A stretch of DNA of 63,530 nucleotides, filler included, from Nemertoderma westbladi (taxonomy: Eukaryota > Animalia > Xenacoelomorpha), in the NCBI GenBank assembly GCA_032718475.1. It is 4 parts of 4 records of this genome, joined end to end, with 100 filler letters (N's around TTAATTAATTAA, not from the genome) between each part and the next. Parts side by side here need not be neighbours in the genome. Positions count along the whole stretch, not along the records: positions 1 to 20,336 come from JAUCBJ010003750.1; positions 20,437 to 44,731 come from JAUCBJ010008026.1; 2 more parts are not named here. One strand, 5' to 3'. How positions within the stretch are numbered: the first letter of the stretch is position 1; each line of letters opens with the position of its first letter. The notes below the pieces were generated by a model. The model was given only the letters and a program-made list of their open reading frames with translations, was not told where the DNA came from and did no database searches. The translations under genes and the position numbers were made by a program. Positions 12,800 to 27,423 of the stretch are shown here, one piece after another.

Positions 12800-15340
12800 C
12801 CCACCCAGTTACACATTAATTCCTACAACATACCCTCCCAGTTACACATTAGCTTTTACCACAAACCAACCCAGTTAAACAAGAACTCTTCCCGCACACC
12901 CACCATGTTACACATTAACTCTTACCACACACCCACCCAGTTACACATTAACTCTTACCACACACCCATCCAGTTACACATTAACTCTTACCACAAACTC
13001 TACCAGTTACCGGTACACATTAACTCTTACCACACACCCACCCAGTTACACATAAACTCTTACCACAAACCCACCCAGTTACACATAAACTCTTACCAAA
13101 CACCAACCCAGTTACACATTAACTCTTATCATACACCCATCCAGTTACACATTAACTCTTACCACAATCCCACCCAGTTACACATAAATTCTTACCACAC
13201 ACCCACCCAGTTACACATAAACTCTTACCAAACACCCACCCAGTTACACATAAACTCTTACCAAATACCCACCCAGTTACACATTAACTTTTACCACACA
13301 CCAGCAGAGTTACACTATCACTCTTACCACAAACAAACCCAACTACATATTAACTCTTACCACAAACCAACCCAGTTACACATTAACTCTTACCGCAGAC
13401 TCTACCAGTTACCGGTAAACATTAACTCTTACCACAAACCAACCCAGTTACACATTAATTCTTACCACAAACCAACCCTTTTAAACATAAACTCTTACCA
13501 CAATCCCACCCAGTTACACATAAATTCTTACCACACACCCACCCAGTTACACATAAACTCTTACCAAACACCCACCCAGTTACACATAAACTCTTACCAA
13601 ATACCCACCCAGTTACACATTAACTTTTACCACACACCAGCAGAGTTACACTATCACTCTTACCACAAACAAACCCAACTACATATTAACTCTTACCACA
13701 AACCAACCCAGTTACACATTAATTCTCACTACAAACCAACCCTTTTACACATAAACTCTTACCTCAAACCAACCCAGTTACACAGTAATTCTTACCACAA
13801 ACTCACCCAGTTACACATTAACTCTTACCATACACCCAGCCAGTTCACGTAAACTATTACCACACACCCACCCAGTTACACATACACTCTTACCACAAAC
13901 CAACCTAGTTACACATTAACTCTTACCACAAACCAAACCAATTACACATTAACTCTTACCATAAACCAATCCAGTTACACATTAAATCTTACCATAAACC
14001 AACCCAGATACACATAAACTCTTACCACACACCAACTCAGTTACACATAAACTCTAACCACAAACCCACCCAGTTAAACATTAACTCTTACCACAAACTC
14101 TACCAGTTACCGGTACACATTAACTCTTACCACACACCCACCCAGTTACACATAAACTCTTACCACAAACCAACCCAGTTAAACATAAACTCTAACCACA
14201 CACCCACCCAGTCACACACAAACTCTTACCACAAATCAACCACGTTACACATTAACACTTACCACAAACTCTACCAGTTACACATTAACTCTTACCACAC
14301 ACCCATCCAGTTACACATAAACTCTTACCACACAACCACCCAGTTACACATAAACTCTTACCACAAACCAACCCAGTTACACATTCACTCTTACCACAAA
14401 CCAAACCAATTACACATTAACTCTTACCATAAACCAACCCAGTTACACATAAACTCTTACCACAAACCAACTCAGTTACACATAGACTCTTACCACAAAC
14501 CAACCCAGATACACATTAACTCTTACCACTAACTTTACAAGTTACACATGAACTCTTACCACAAACCAACCCAGTTACACATTAACTCTTACCACAAACT
14601 CTACCTGTTACACATTAACACTTACCACAAACCCACCCAGTTTCACATAAACTCTTACCACAAACAAACCCAACTACACATTAATTATTACAACAAACAA
14701 ACCCAACTTCACATAAACACTTACCACAAACCAACCCAGTTACACATTAACTCCTACCACAAACTCTACCAGTTACACACTAACTCTTACCACAAACCAA
14801 CCCAGTTACACATCAACTCTACCCTAACTCTACCCATTAACTCTTACTACAAACCCACCCAGTTTCACATAAACTCTTACCACAAACAAACAGTTACACA
14901 TTAACTCTTACCACAAACTCTACCAGTTACACATTAACTCTTACCACAAACCAACCCAGTTACACATAAACACTTACCACAAACCAACCCAGTTACACAT
15001 AAACTCTTACCACAAACAAACCCAACTTCACATTAACTCTTACGACAAACAAACCCAACTTCACATAAACACTTACCACAAACCAACCCAGTTACACATT
15101 AACTCCTACCACAAACTCTACCAGTTACACACTAACTCTTACCACAAACCAACCCAGTTACACATAAACACTTACCACAAACCAACCAACCCAGTTACAC
15201 ATTAACTCTTACGACAAACAAGCCCAAGTACACATTAACTCTTACCACAAACAAACCCAACTACACATTAACTCTTACCACAAACCAACCTAGTTACACA
15301 TTAACTCCTTACCACAAATTAACCCAGTTACCCCCAGTTA
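12800..15340 (+). repeat. 33-bp minisatellite array (~75 units)
   Basis: Unit CAGTTACACATTAACTCTTACCACAAACCAACC. The apparent TQLHINSYHKP ORFs are a by-product of the 11-codon period. Confidence 0.95.
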
Positions 15341-17421
15341 CCCAGTGGGGGGTGATATAACAAAAAACATTTCCGACGACAAACACATTTATTTCTCAAA
15401 GAAGCTAAAATATAGGTACTTAGCGATAGGGTACAAACACACAAACAAAGATTTTATATTTAATAACTTAATAAACATCTAAACTGACAAACATTAATAA
15501 TAAACGAAACATTATAAAGTCGTTGTTTTTAGTCAACAAATATCAAATCAATAATGCAGCAACTGGTTAGTTTAGCTCGATTGATGAATCGCATTATGTA
15601 ATATGAACAGACAGAATATCACAACAAATATTATGTCATACTTCGAGATCCTTGCAAATATCATTTGGTAAACATGGTGATCGCGTGAATTCAGTTAATG
15701 GATTTCTGTGTTGGTTATGTTTATTATATATTGTCGGTTTCTTTCCGAAGTTCTGCCATCGACCACTTTGCGAAGAAGTTCTAGAGTTGCGTTCAGAAGA
15801 TTCCAGAGTATTCGAGCGAGAATAGAACCCGTTTGATTTGGAACATCTGTGAAAGAAAAAAAAATGTTGAAATTTATACTTAATTAAATAATTGTAGTAA
15901 CCAATCAATTATGCTTTCCAGTTACTGTATGTCTGAACGCCAATATATCAAGTCAGACATTGTTAAATTTGGTATGTTTGTAGTAGAGGAATAGTCTATT
16001 AAGGTTAGCCAGTTTCAGAGTGGGGTGAGGCTATTTCAGTAGCTTTGTTGTAGTTGTGCTCAGTTGAAGTATTGATTGATTAGTAGTACCGGTATCATAC
16101 ATACTGCTGTTAGTTTTTTAGTTATTGACATTCATTAGATTCAGTTTCAGACCTACTGTATGCATTAATTACTTTAAGATGATTAATAACATTTGAACCA
16201 CTGCATAAACATTGCAGATAGTGGCGCACCAAGTGAAATAATGTATAGTTTATTGTTTTGATTAGAAAATACCGCCACTGTAACCTGCTTCTTTCCCTTA
16301 CCGATAATGTTTTTAAATAAATTAAATTAATTTTTCAAACCCACTAAAATATATTTTGTGTTTGCGGTCATTTTACGCCATTAGCCGGCCGACCTCTCTG
16401 GGGGCAGAACGAGAACGATCGAAGGAGTGCGAACTGCTGGATGCCACCCAAAACGCAGGAGTTGCCGCGAATACGCATGGAGTCACGCCTCTCCACCGGA
16501 ACTTCCGCAAGGTGTACGATGAGGAGTTTAGCCTCGGCACCAGCGGTGTGAAGGCCATCCGACAATCTTCACATACCCACTGGAAATGTTCCTTCTTCTT
16601 GTGCGCCCGTTGCTCGAGGAGGGATTCCGACCGGTGTTTGTATGTACGAGGTAGCGTTACATGCTATGTATAAGTTGCAGCTCATTAACTCAACCACCTA
16701 TACTGCATATATCGAATGAAGGAATGTTTAATATGTTCATGGTAACTTAATGTGTTAATACACTATGTTCCAGGACATGGCTAAACATTATTATAATTTG
16801 CTGAGTTCAGCAAACACAACAACATCAATGGGGATTCGCTCTTCACTTCATTTTAAACTAATTACGGCGTGGATGAACTAGAATGTGATTAATATGGATG
16901 GATACTTCGAGCCATATTGGTTCCCGTAATGTGATTTACGGTAGAACTGAATTTTATGACTTTGATCAACAGTTTTTGAAATGAAATTCCGTGATGCTAA
17001 ATTGGCTCTATGTTTGCTCCTCTGAAAATGCCTTCTTTGTATGCAGAGGTGCAACCACCATTGGGCAATCCACTAAACGGCAGCCGGAAAGCTAGGCTAT
17101 TGATTGAATGACTAAACGCGGGAGTAGAAAAAAGTATTATTTATTACCTGGGAAAAAGTAGAATAGTTTCATTATTCTCGTGGTATACTACTTACTGCTA
17201 GCGGGAATTAACCCTAACGCTACTTTATACAACTTTATTGGCACGGGGGGTGGGGGGGGGGGGTGGGTCTAGTCAGTCATATTAGACATTTTTTATATCT
17301 TGACTCAACAATTTCAATTTTAATGGTATAAGGGTTTTCGAGGTCGCTGATCACGATAAACTTGTTAAACATATTTTTCTGGCAATACATGCATATTTTT
17401 TGGTGCTATTTTGGTAATTGC

Positions 17422-17464
17422 GGAACAGGAAAGCCTCGGCTGCGCCTCGGCTAGTTCCTGTTCC
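17422..17464. repeat. hairpin core of a probable foldback MITE
   Basis: GGAACAGGAA...TTCCTGTTCC inverted repeat enclosing CCTCGGCTGCGCCTCGG. Confidence 0.45.
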
Positions 17465-18839
17465 TCGGGTTAAAATATCCGGAAAAATAACAAAATAACA
17501 GGGTAATAATATACGTTGTTATAATTTGTTATATGTTTGTTATGTTGTTTTTTATATGTAATTGTATTCTTAAATAAGTAGTAGTTGCTAAATTCTTTAA
17601 TAAAAGGAAGAACGATATAGTGTTACAAAATAAATTGAACTGCAGTATCCAAATATGGTACTAGTCAACTCATGATAATGCCTTACTCAATGTTAAATAA
17701 TGGAATGTTTTGTAGTATTTTTTATTTAAAGTGGGACGGGGGGGGGGGGGGGGGGGGGTACTTGCTTTCAAATTGTTTTTTATAATTTTTTCTATTTTCA
17801 TCTAGGGACGATTTTTATCAAGATTCCAAATATGACCAACCGTTTAACAAGATCTGTCTTCCTTCTCGAGATATGGTAGAAAATATAATAGCTGACTAAA
17901 ACATTTCCTATATGGGTTTTCTTGGTCAGTGTCCGTGCCTTCATTTTTTATATCAGTATTCAAATTTGGCCTCGTACTTTCTGTCAGTATGCCTGCCAGT
18001 CTGTCCGTGAAAATATAATGACAGCCTAACAGCCAAACAGACAACTTGGAATTCATCAAATTGTAAATCTGACACTCGAAATGAATTATGCGACCAGGAA
18101 AATCCCTATAGCTAAACTTTTAGCTAGATGGTGTGGCCTTTTATTATATTTGACAGACAGATTGTCGGATAGTCAGAAAGACCGACAGACAGACAAACAG
18201 ACTAACTAGTTTTCATTAAAAAATCTGACCTTAGAAATGTTATCAGCGACCAGGAAAACCCCCATAACAAAAATCTTAGCATGGTTTTGTGCTTTCTTGT
18301 TGCTATATACATATCGACAGACATTAAACCAATATTGAATATTGAGTTCCGTTTTAGAGTTCGCCTTGCAGACACAGATAGTGTAATAACTTTTGAGTGT
18401 GTTGAATGGAATTTGCTCAAATTACTTGCAAACCTTTTCTACGTCGATGCTCTTTCAACTCATGTAATGCAATTTTCAAAAATTCCATGAAAATTATTTT
18501 CTTATGTAACTATTTTGCCGGGAAAAAATAAAAATCAATGCAATCCTTTGGGTTTCTATTTTTGCCTGCCAAGGTAAAATTTAATCCTTGGTCAATCAAT
18601 TCTTAAAAACTGCTATGCAATTCTACAATGTGGTAATGCACATTGGAGTCTTGTACTTTTCGCATGAAATAAACAAAATAACGGTGTATAAGGTGTCGTC
18701 GCGTTACGGCTAATGTCCCATTACGGCTAATTTTTTGAGAGATTAGACGGCTAATCTATTGTCTTGGTTTTACATAGGGAATCATTATGAATATTATACT
18801 ATGGTGTTTACGTACAGATGAGGTCCGAAAAATATAATG

Positions 18840-20336
18840 TAATCTTTCCATGAGAGTTCTACGGGAAGGGCCAGTAAAGTACCAACCCACTCTAGTTCTT
18901 ACCGCATAAGGGTTGTAATGGTTGCGGTTGAGCGGGCCGTTTCTCCAATGTCTCGAGCGCTTCATGCGCGTTTTGACCGATGAGTATTGGCACTCCAGGG
19001 TAATCGGTGTCGAATCTAGGTATTTCCAGCTGCTGGGTGAAATCGTCCTCGTCCCAGTTATAAGGTTCCACTTGGGTGGTAGCGAAGTTCTTTATCGCCA
19101 CCATTTTCACTGACCTATGCTATGTTCTCCTAGTTCATCCTGGGGGGTGGACAACGCACCTACATAATAATCCGCGATTACTGTAGATTTCCAAACCTGC
19201 ATAATTCCTGACATGTTTAGCTTAGTTCGGAACTTGGGTTGTCCAGCAAAGATGTCTTCGGCTAGTTCTTTGTCGATGAATGTTCCTGTACTACCAGAGT
19301 CAAGGAGGGCGTTCACTACATAACTCCTTTTAGGTCCGTGGACCCTTACCTGTACTACAGGAAATTCTCGGATTCCTACATTGGAAGTTGGCGCTTTCCA
19401 AGATGGTTGTTGATCAGAAGTAGTTAGGGTGAGGTCGCTGTCTGTATCTTTTTCATACGTGAGTGCTCGATACACTGCGGTATTTATCATGTAACAAGAT
19501 TCGTTTTCGTCGGAGAACTCGTCCGTATAGAATCCTTCCATCTCAGATTGATCAGTGTCGTTCACATCACTGAATTGGACATGTAGTTCGGAATCACTTA
19601 CCTGACTCGGACTATTTCGCTCGAATTCAGTGTGCAACAAGATATGATGTTTCGCACCGCACTTGGCACACCTTGTGTCAGAGTAACAGGTTCGCCGTTG
19701 GTGTCCTTGTCTGAGGCAATTATAACACAACCGCTTATCCCACATGACTTCTCGTCTCTCCGTTAATGATTTCTTCAGGAATTCATCACACATATTCAAA
19801 CGGTGGGTCCGTCACATAGCGCACATTTCGGTTTGATGTTACTTACCTTATTCTGAATAACATTGTGCACACTCGTTCTTTCTTCGGGCTTTCTCACCTG
19901 AATTCTCTTAGGAGACGTAGGAGGAGTTTTTCTTACTTGTTCTCTCCTGTCATTGGTCGAGACTTATATTTACTTACCTGATCTTTAGGCATTTTATTGA
20001 CATAATAAGATCTTTCAGTGTCTTTCCCGCTATCCTCTCCTTGAGAAGTCTGGTTTTCGCCGTCGTCTGTATAACACACTGGTGTTACCTTTCTCCTGGA
20101 GACGGGTTTCTCACTTACCTTGTTTTCTGGTGTCTTCTCTCTGGACTGCTTTATGAGCTGTAATTTCACTTCGCCATCCAAGAATAGCATGAGATCAGCC
20201 ATGGTAGGGGTCTCGTTGTTGTTGTTCCATCATATATAACACTTTCTTATCCCAGCGTGTACCTACTCCACCCTTCGGTAAAGTAGAAGCCACGGCTCCA
20301 ATAACCATAGAACTCTGATATTCATGAGACTTACCT
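18840..20336 (-). pseudogene. frameshifted partial paralog of the Gag-protease ORF at 35462-38584
   Basis: ORF pieces (CYNCLRQGHQRRTC, CAKCGAKHH, ALLDSGST, YAVRTRVGWYFTGP) align with the 1040-aa protein. Several 1-nt indels; cut by the spacer at 20337. Confidence 0.9.
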
Positions 20337-20436
20337 NNNNNNNNNNNNNNNNNNNNNNNNNNNNNNNNNNNNNNNNNNNNTTAATTAATTAANNNNNNNN
20401 NNNNNNNNNNNNNNNNNNNNNNNNNNNNNNNNNNNN
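20337..20436. other. artificial gap/contig spacer
   Basis: 100-bp N run with central TTAATTAATTAA (stops in all six frames). Confidence 0.95.
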
Positions 20437-21599
20437 TATATTTATTTGATCGCATCTTACAAGCACAAATGTTAGTGACGTCGTAGCCGACCGTGGGAAG
20501 TAGAAATCATAATTACTGATCAACTGGAATAACAAAAACACGTCAATGTCCAATGTAATGTTATTATTTGCAGTCTTAAAAAATAATAATGTTATAAGCA
20601 GAACTTAATTTTGCAATTAACCTAATTATGCCTATCATTAAAGAAGGCCTATCTTGATTTGTTACTGTAGAAACGTGGCACGACAAACCTGGGACATTGG
20701 AGGGTACGCCAGCAGGAACGCGTATTCGAGGTTGTTTTTACAAAAACTTGTAAGATGATTTGTTTTTTACTCAGATTAGAACCATTAGAGCGCATTTTCA
20801 ACACACTCACTATGGGATGTGGGTTGTTAGGTAATTAAATGCGCAAACGTAATTGTCATATAGAGACATCCGCTACCTTCGGCTCCAGTATTCACTATTG
20901 AAATTAATTTTGCCAGCGACCAACAGCCAGTATAGTCAAGTTTACTTCCTTGTTCTGTTAAAGCCTTACAGCATTGATACCATCAAAAAATAACCCCCAG
21001 TCTGGATACATACATTATTTGACAGGGAAGGTACCCTTACTTAGTTAGCATTGTCAAAAAATCAAATTTCTGAAAACTTTAAATTGATTAAAGTTAAAAT
21101 TTGATCATGATGGTCCATCGCATGGACCGCTTCTAATCACACAAAATATAATCCACCAATAACCACAAATCCTGTATCCACGTTATATAGATAACACCAG
21201 AAATATCACCAGAAATAATATCTGATATGGCTGATTATTTAACCTCGATAAAGTAGAAACTCCTGTATGGGTGAAATTGATATGTCCAACAACTAGGTCG
21301 TAATCATTGAATGGATAGGATAGTTTAGTAGTTGTTGGTACTTGGTAATGAGTCAGTGACCATTAGTATATAATTTCGGCATAATTTGCTAAAAAAACAC
21401 TATCGGTGATATTTAACATTTTACAGTTCACCGTCTTGTACCTTGTATTTCCAAAACATACGGCATTTTCTTGAATCTTATACTCACATGCCGCACAAAT
21501 ACACCATTGCGCTGTACGTTGTTTCGGAATTAACACCAAGTCAGTGTGTACATTCGCTGTTTGTGTTATTAGATAGTTTGTTAGTGAATCTATCATTCA

Positions 21600-22290
21600 G
21601 TTATAGTATAGACAGTTATAGTGATGTCCCTCAAGGGTCCACTCTCTCTCCTATTCTATTCTTACTTTATATAAATGACCTTCCTAATGCCTCCTACTTA
21701 CTATCTGCGCTATTTGCTGACGATACTACTTTATTTCAATCAAATCCTAACATACTGAAACTTATTGACAGCAGTAATGTAGAATTACAGAAGATTTCTG
21801 ATTGGCTAATAGATAACCGTATCTCTCACCGAACACTATCTTTTCTAATACAGTAAGTAATTCTACCCAAATTCCATTAATTCAAATCAACTCGCGCTAT
21901 GTTAGACGTACTGAAAGTACGAAATTTCTTGGAATTTGGGGCTTCTGCTCCTATATACAAATCTCTAGGTATTTTACCACTTGAATCTCTCTATAAACAC
22001 CAAGTAGGTATGTTTATGTACGATATTAATTCTAAAACTGTTAATTCCTTGTCCTCTATAGCCCTTCGTTTCACCAAAACCTCTTCTATACACAACTACA
22101 CTACTTGACCCGATCAGCAACCCAGGACAACTATCACCTGCCGCTAGTAAGGCTTACATCCACCCAACAATCTTTGAGTTTTCGGGGCCCTTCAATATGG
22201 AATGACATTCCACGTTCTTTACAAATTAATAAATCAAAATTGACCTTCTCAAAAAATCTTTAAAATAACTTGCTTGCTAATTTATAATAA
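21600..22290 (+). pseudogene. CR1/L2-group LINE 3' RT relic
   Basis: VPQGSTLSPILFLLYINDLP...LFADDT, then a deleted C-terminal part (PIYKSLGILPL...FRGPSIWN). Confidence 0.8.
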
Positions 22291-22879
22291 ATACAAATTT
22301 ATTAGTTTCATTACTAAATTAGTACTAAAATTTCAAAATAATAAAAAAAGTATAATAAAAAAAGTGCCGATATTAATATTATATATATACTCAGCAATGT
22401 GCAAACTACCCCGCGACAGTGAATGGAACAGGGAGTAAAGTCGACCGGAAATATTTAATTATTCTTATACTAAAATTCGTCGTTGGTGTAGGCAGACAAC
22501 CCCCCCCCCCCCCCCAAACCCTCCCCTCCAATCCCCTACCCTCCTCAACTGGCTGGTACCGTTACTAGCTATGCTATATGTACCAGTCAGTTGGCCCCAC
22601 TTGCACTTGCGTATAACAGTAAATATAATATTTTCCGTTTAATGGGGCTTTCCTGTGCTACTTTTTCTGATACTTATTTAAGATTCAATAGGTCCGGGCC
22701 TATCCCGATGATTGATTGTTAGGCCATAAAAGCATTATCTATTACATTTATCGATTTAAGTAATATAATTACGTAAAATTCAAGGACTACCAAATATTCA
22801 CCACAAAAATAAATTATATATAAAGATAAATAAACATTGACTCAGACCTCTAGAAGGGAGATAGGCACGGTTGTTGTAA

Positions 22880-25800
22880 GTACAGGGAAAATAGACACAG
22901 ATTCAGGTGAGGTAAAGTAGACACTGATTCAGATGAGGTAAAGTAGACACTGATTCAGTTTGGGGAAAATAAACACAGAGAGATTCAGTCGAGTAAAGTA
23001 GAGTAGACACCAATTCTGTTGAGGAAAAGTTGACAGAGATTCAGTTGAGGGGAAAATAGACACATATATTCAGTTGAGATAAAGTAGACATAGATTCAGT
23101 TGAGATAAAGTAGATAGATATTCAGTTGAGATAAAGTAGACACAGATTCTGTTGAGGTAAAGTAGACAGAGATTCAGTTGAGATAAAGTAGACATAGATT
23201 CAGTTGAGATAAAAGTAGATAGATATTCAGTTGAGATAAAGTAGATAGAGATTCAGTTGATACAAAGTAGACACAGATTCTATTGAGATAAAGTAGATAG
23301 AGATTCAGTTGAGATAAAGTAGACACTGATTCAGTTGATATAAAGTAGATACTGATTCAGTTGAGATAAAGTAGACACTGATTCAGTTGAGATAAAGTAG
23401 ATAGAGATTCAGTTGAGATAAAGTAGACACGGATTCAGTTGAGATAAAGTAGACACAGATTCAGTTGATACATAGTAGACACTGATTCAATTGAGATAAA
23501 GTAGACACAAATTATGTTGAGATAAAGTAGACACAAATTATGTTGACAGTAGACAGAGATTCAGTTGATACAAAGTAGACACTGATTCTGTTGAGATAAA
23601 GTAGATAGCGATTCAGTTGAGATAAAGTAGACACTGATTCAGTTGATATAAAGTAGATACTGATTCAGTTGAGATAAAGTAGACACTGATTCAGTTGAGA
23701 TAAAGTAGATAGAGATTCAGTTGAGATAAAGTAGACACAGATTCAGTTGATACAAAGTAGACACAGATTCAGTTGAGATAAAGTATACACAGATTCAGTT
23801 GAGATAAAGTAGATAGAGATTCAGTTGAGATAAAGTAGACACAGATTCAGTTGATACATAGTAGACACTGATTCAGTTGAGATAAAGTAGATAGAGATTC
23901 AGTTGAGATAAAGTAGATAGAGATTCAGTTGAGATAAAGTAGACACAGATTCGGTTGAGATAAAATAGACAGAGATTCAGTTGATACAAAGTAGACACTG
24001 ATTCAGTTGAGATAAAGTAGACACAAATTATGTTGAAATAAAGTAGACAGAGATTCAGTTGATACAAAGTAGACACAGATTCTGTTGAGATTAAAGTAGA
24101 TAGAGATTCAGTTGAGATAAAGTAGACACAGATTCAGTTGAGATAAAGTAGACACAGATTCAGTTGATACAAAGTAGACACTGATTCAGTTGAGATAAGG
24201 TAGATAGAGATTGAGTTGAGATAAAGTAGACACAGATTCAGTTGGGATAAAGTAGATAGAGATTCAGTTGAGATAAAGTAGATAGAGATTCAGTTGATAG
24301 AAAGTAGACACTGATTCAGTTGAGAAAAGTAGATAGAGATTCAGTTGAGATAAAGTAGACACAGATTCAGTTGAGATAAAGTAGATGGAGATTCAGTTGA
24401 GATAAAGTAGACACAGATTCAGTTGAGATAAAATAGATAGAGATTCAGGTGAGATAAAGTAGACACGGATTCAGTTGATACAAAGTAGATAGAGATTCAG
24501 TTGAGATAAAGTAGACAGAGATTTAGTTTAGATAAAGTAGACACAGATTCAGTTGAGATAAAGTAGACACAGATTCAGTTGATACAAAGTAGACACTGAT
24601 TCAGTTGAGATAAAGTAGACACAAATTATGTTGAAATAAAGTAGACAGATATTCAGTTGAGATAAAGTAGACACTGATTCTGTTGAGGTAAAGTAGACAG
24701 AGATTCAGTTGAGATAAAGAAGACAGAGATTCTGTTGAGATTAAAGTAGATAGAGATTCAGTTGAGATAAAGTAGACACAGATTCAGTTGAGATAAAATA
24801 GATAGAGATTCAGTTGAGATAAAGTAGATAGAGATTCAGTTGAGATAAAGTAGACAGAGATTCTGTTGAGATAAAGTAGACAGAGATTCAGTTGATACAA
24901 AGTAGACACTGATTCAGTTGAGAAAAGTAGATAGAGATTCAGTTGAGATAAAGTAGACACAGATTCAGTTGAGATAAAGTAGATGGAGATTCAGTTGAGA
25001 TAAAGTAGACACAGATTCAGTTGAGATAAAATAGATAGAGATTCAGTTGAGATAAAGTAGATAGAGATTCAGTTGAGATAAAGTAGACAGAGATTCTGTT
25101 GAGATAAAGTAGACATAGATTCAGTTGATACAAAGTAGACAGAGATTCAGTTGAGATAAAGTAGACACAGATTCAGTTGAGATAAAGTAGATGGAGATTC
25201 AGTTGAGATAAAGTAGACACGGATTCAGTTGAGATAAAGTAGATACAGATTCAGTTGATATAAAGTAGATACTGATTCAGTTGAGATAAAGTAGACACTG
25301 ATTGAGTTGAGATAAAGTAGATAGAGATTCAGTTGAGATAAAGTAGACACGGATTCAGTTGAGATAAAGTAGACACTGATTCAGTTGAGATAAAGTAGAT
25401 ATAGATTCAGTTGAGATAAAGTAGACACGGATTCAGTTGAGATAAAGTAGACACTGATTCAGTTGATATAAAGTAGATACTGATTCAGTTGAGATAAAGT
25501 AGACACTGATTCAGTTGAGATAAAGTAGATAGAGATTCAGTTGAGATAAAGTAGACACGGATTCAGTTGAGATGAAGTAGACACTGATTCAGTTGATATA
25601 AAGTAGATACTGATTCAGTTGAGATAAAGTAGATAGAGATTCAGTTGAGATAAAGTAGATAGAGATTCAGTTGAGATAAAGTAGACACAGATTCAGTTGA
25701 GATAAAGTAGATAGAGATTCAGTTGAGATAAAGTAGACACAGATTCAGTTGAGATAAAGTAGATAGAGATTCAGTTGAGATAAAGTAGATAGAGATTCAG

Positions 25801-27260
25801 TTGAGATAAAGTAGACACAGATTCGGTTGAGATAAAATAGATACAGATTCAGTTGATATAAAGTAGATACTGATTCAGTTGAGATAAAGTAGACACTGAT
25901 TGAGTTGAGATAAAGTAGATAGAGATTCAGTTGAGATAAAGTAGACACAGATTCAGTTGAGATAAAGTAGATAGAGATTCAGTTGAGATAAAGTAGACAC
26001 AGATTCAGTTGAGATAAAGTAGATGGAGATTCAGTTGAGATAAAGTAGACACAGATTCAGTTGAGATAAAATAGATAGAGATTCAGTTGAGATAAAGTAG
26101 ATAGAGATTCAGTTGAGATAAAGTAGACAGAGATTCTGTTGAGATAAAGTAGACATAGATTCAGTTGATACAAAGTAGACAGAGATTCAGTTGAGATAAA
26201 GTAGACACAGATTCAGTTGAGATAAAGTAGATGGAGATTCAGTTGAGATAAAGTAGACACGGATTCAGTTGAGATAAAGTAGATACAGATTCAGTTGATA
26301 TAAAGTAGATACTGATTCAGTTGAGATAAAGTAGACACTGATTGAGTTGAGATAAAGTAGATAGAGATTCAGTTGAGATAAAGTAGACACGGATTCAGTT
26401 GAGATAAAGTAGACACTGATTCAGTTGAGATAAAGTAGATATAGATTCAGTTGAGATAAAGTAGACACGGATTCAGTTGAGATAAAGTAGACACTGATTC
26501 AGTTGATATAAAGTAGATACTGATTCAGTTGAGATAAAGTAGACACTGATTCAGTTGAGATAAAGTAGATAGAGATTCAGTTGAGATAAAGTAGACACGG
26601 ATTCAGTTGAGATGAAGTAGACACTGATTCAGTTGATATAAAGTAGATACTGATTCAGTTGAGATAAAGTAGATAGAGATTCAGTTGAGATAAAGTAGAT
26701 AGAGATTCAGTTGAGATAAAGTAGACACAGATTCAGTTGAGATAAAGTAGATAGAGATTCAGTTGAGATAAAGTAGACACAGATTCAGTTGAGATAAAGT
26801 AGATAGAGATTCAGTTGAGATAAAGTAGATAGAGATTCAGTTGAGATAAAGTAGACACAGATTCGGTTGAGATAAAATAGACAGAGATTCAGTTGATACA
26901 AAATAGATAGAGATTCAGTTTAGATAAAGTAGACACTGATTCAGTTGATAGAAAGTAGACACAGATTCTGTTGAGATAAAGTAGATAGAGATTCAGGTGA
27001 GATAAAGTAGATAGAGATTCAGTTGAGATAAAGTAGACACAGATTCGGTTGATACAAAGTAGATAGAGATTCAGTTGAGATAAAGTAGACAGAGATTTAG
27101 TTTAGATAAAGTAGACCCTGATTCAGTTGAGATAAAGTAGACACTGACTCAGTTGAGATAAAGTAGACACAGATTCAGTTGATACAAAGAAGATAGAGAT
27201 TCAGTTGATATAAAGTAGACACTGATTCAGTTGAGGCAAAGTAAACACATATTTAGTTTA
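22880..27260 (+). repeat. 26-bp satellite array (~165 units) with higher-order structure
   Basis: Unit GATTCAGTTGAGATAAAGTAGACACA and variants. The variant order starting at 24961 recurs at 26001. Confidence 0.97.
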
Positions 27261-27423
27261 CGAGTAGCTTCGAGAAAGTAGACTACACAGACACGAAGGT
27301 AGACCGAGAAAGGTTAGTTGTAGAGAAGGAAAGTAGCTGGATAGTTTACATGAAGCAAAGTAGACACGATAAGGTAGACAAGTAGATGCAGGTTGAAGTA
27401 CAGGTTAATGGGACTGGATTTAA

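Noticed and set aside
12905-14904. His-rich repeat protein ORFs (315 and 118 aa)
   Set aside because: Result of a 33-bp period; the frame is broken by stops and indels elsewhere in the array and there is no gene structure.
20337-20436. TTAATTAATTAA palindrome repeated three times in the window
   Set aside because: Always centred in a 100-bp N run; an assembly linker, not biology.
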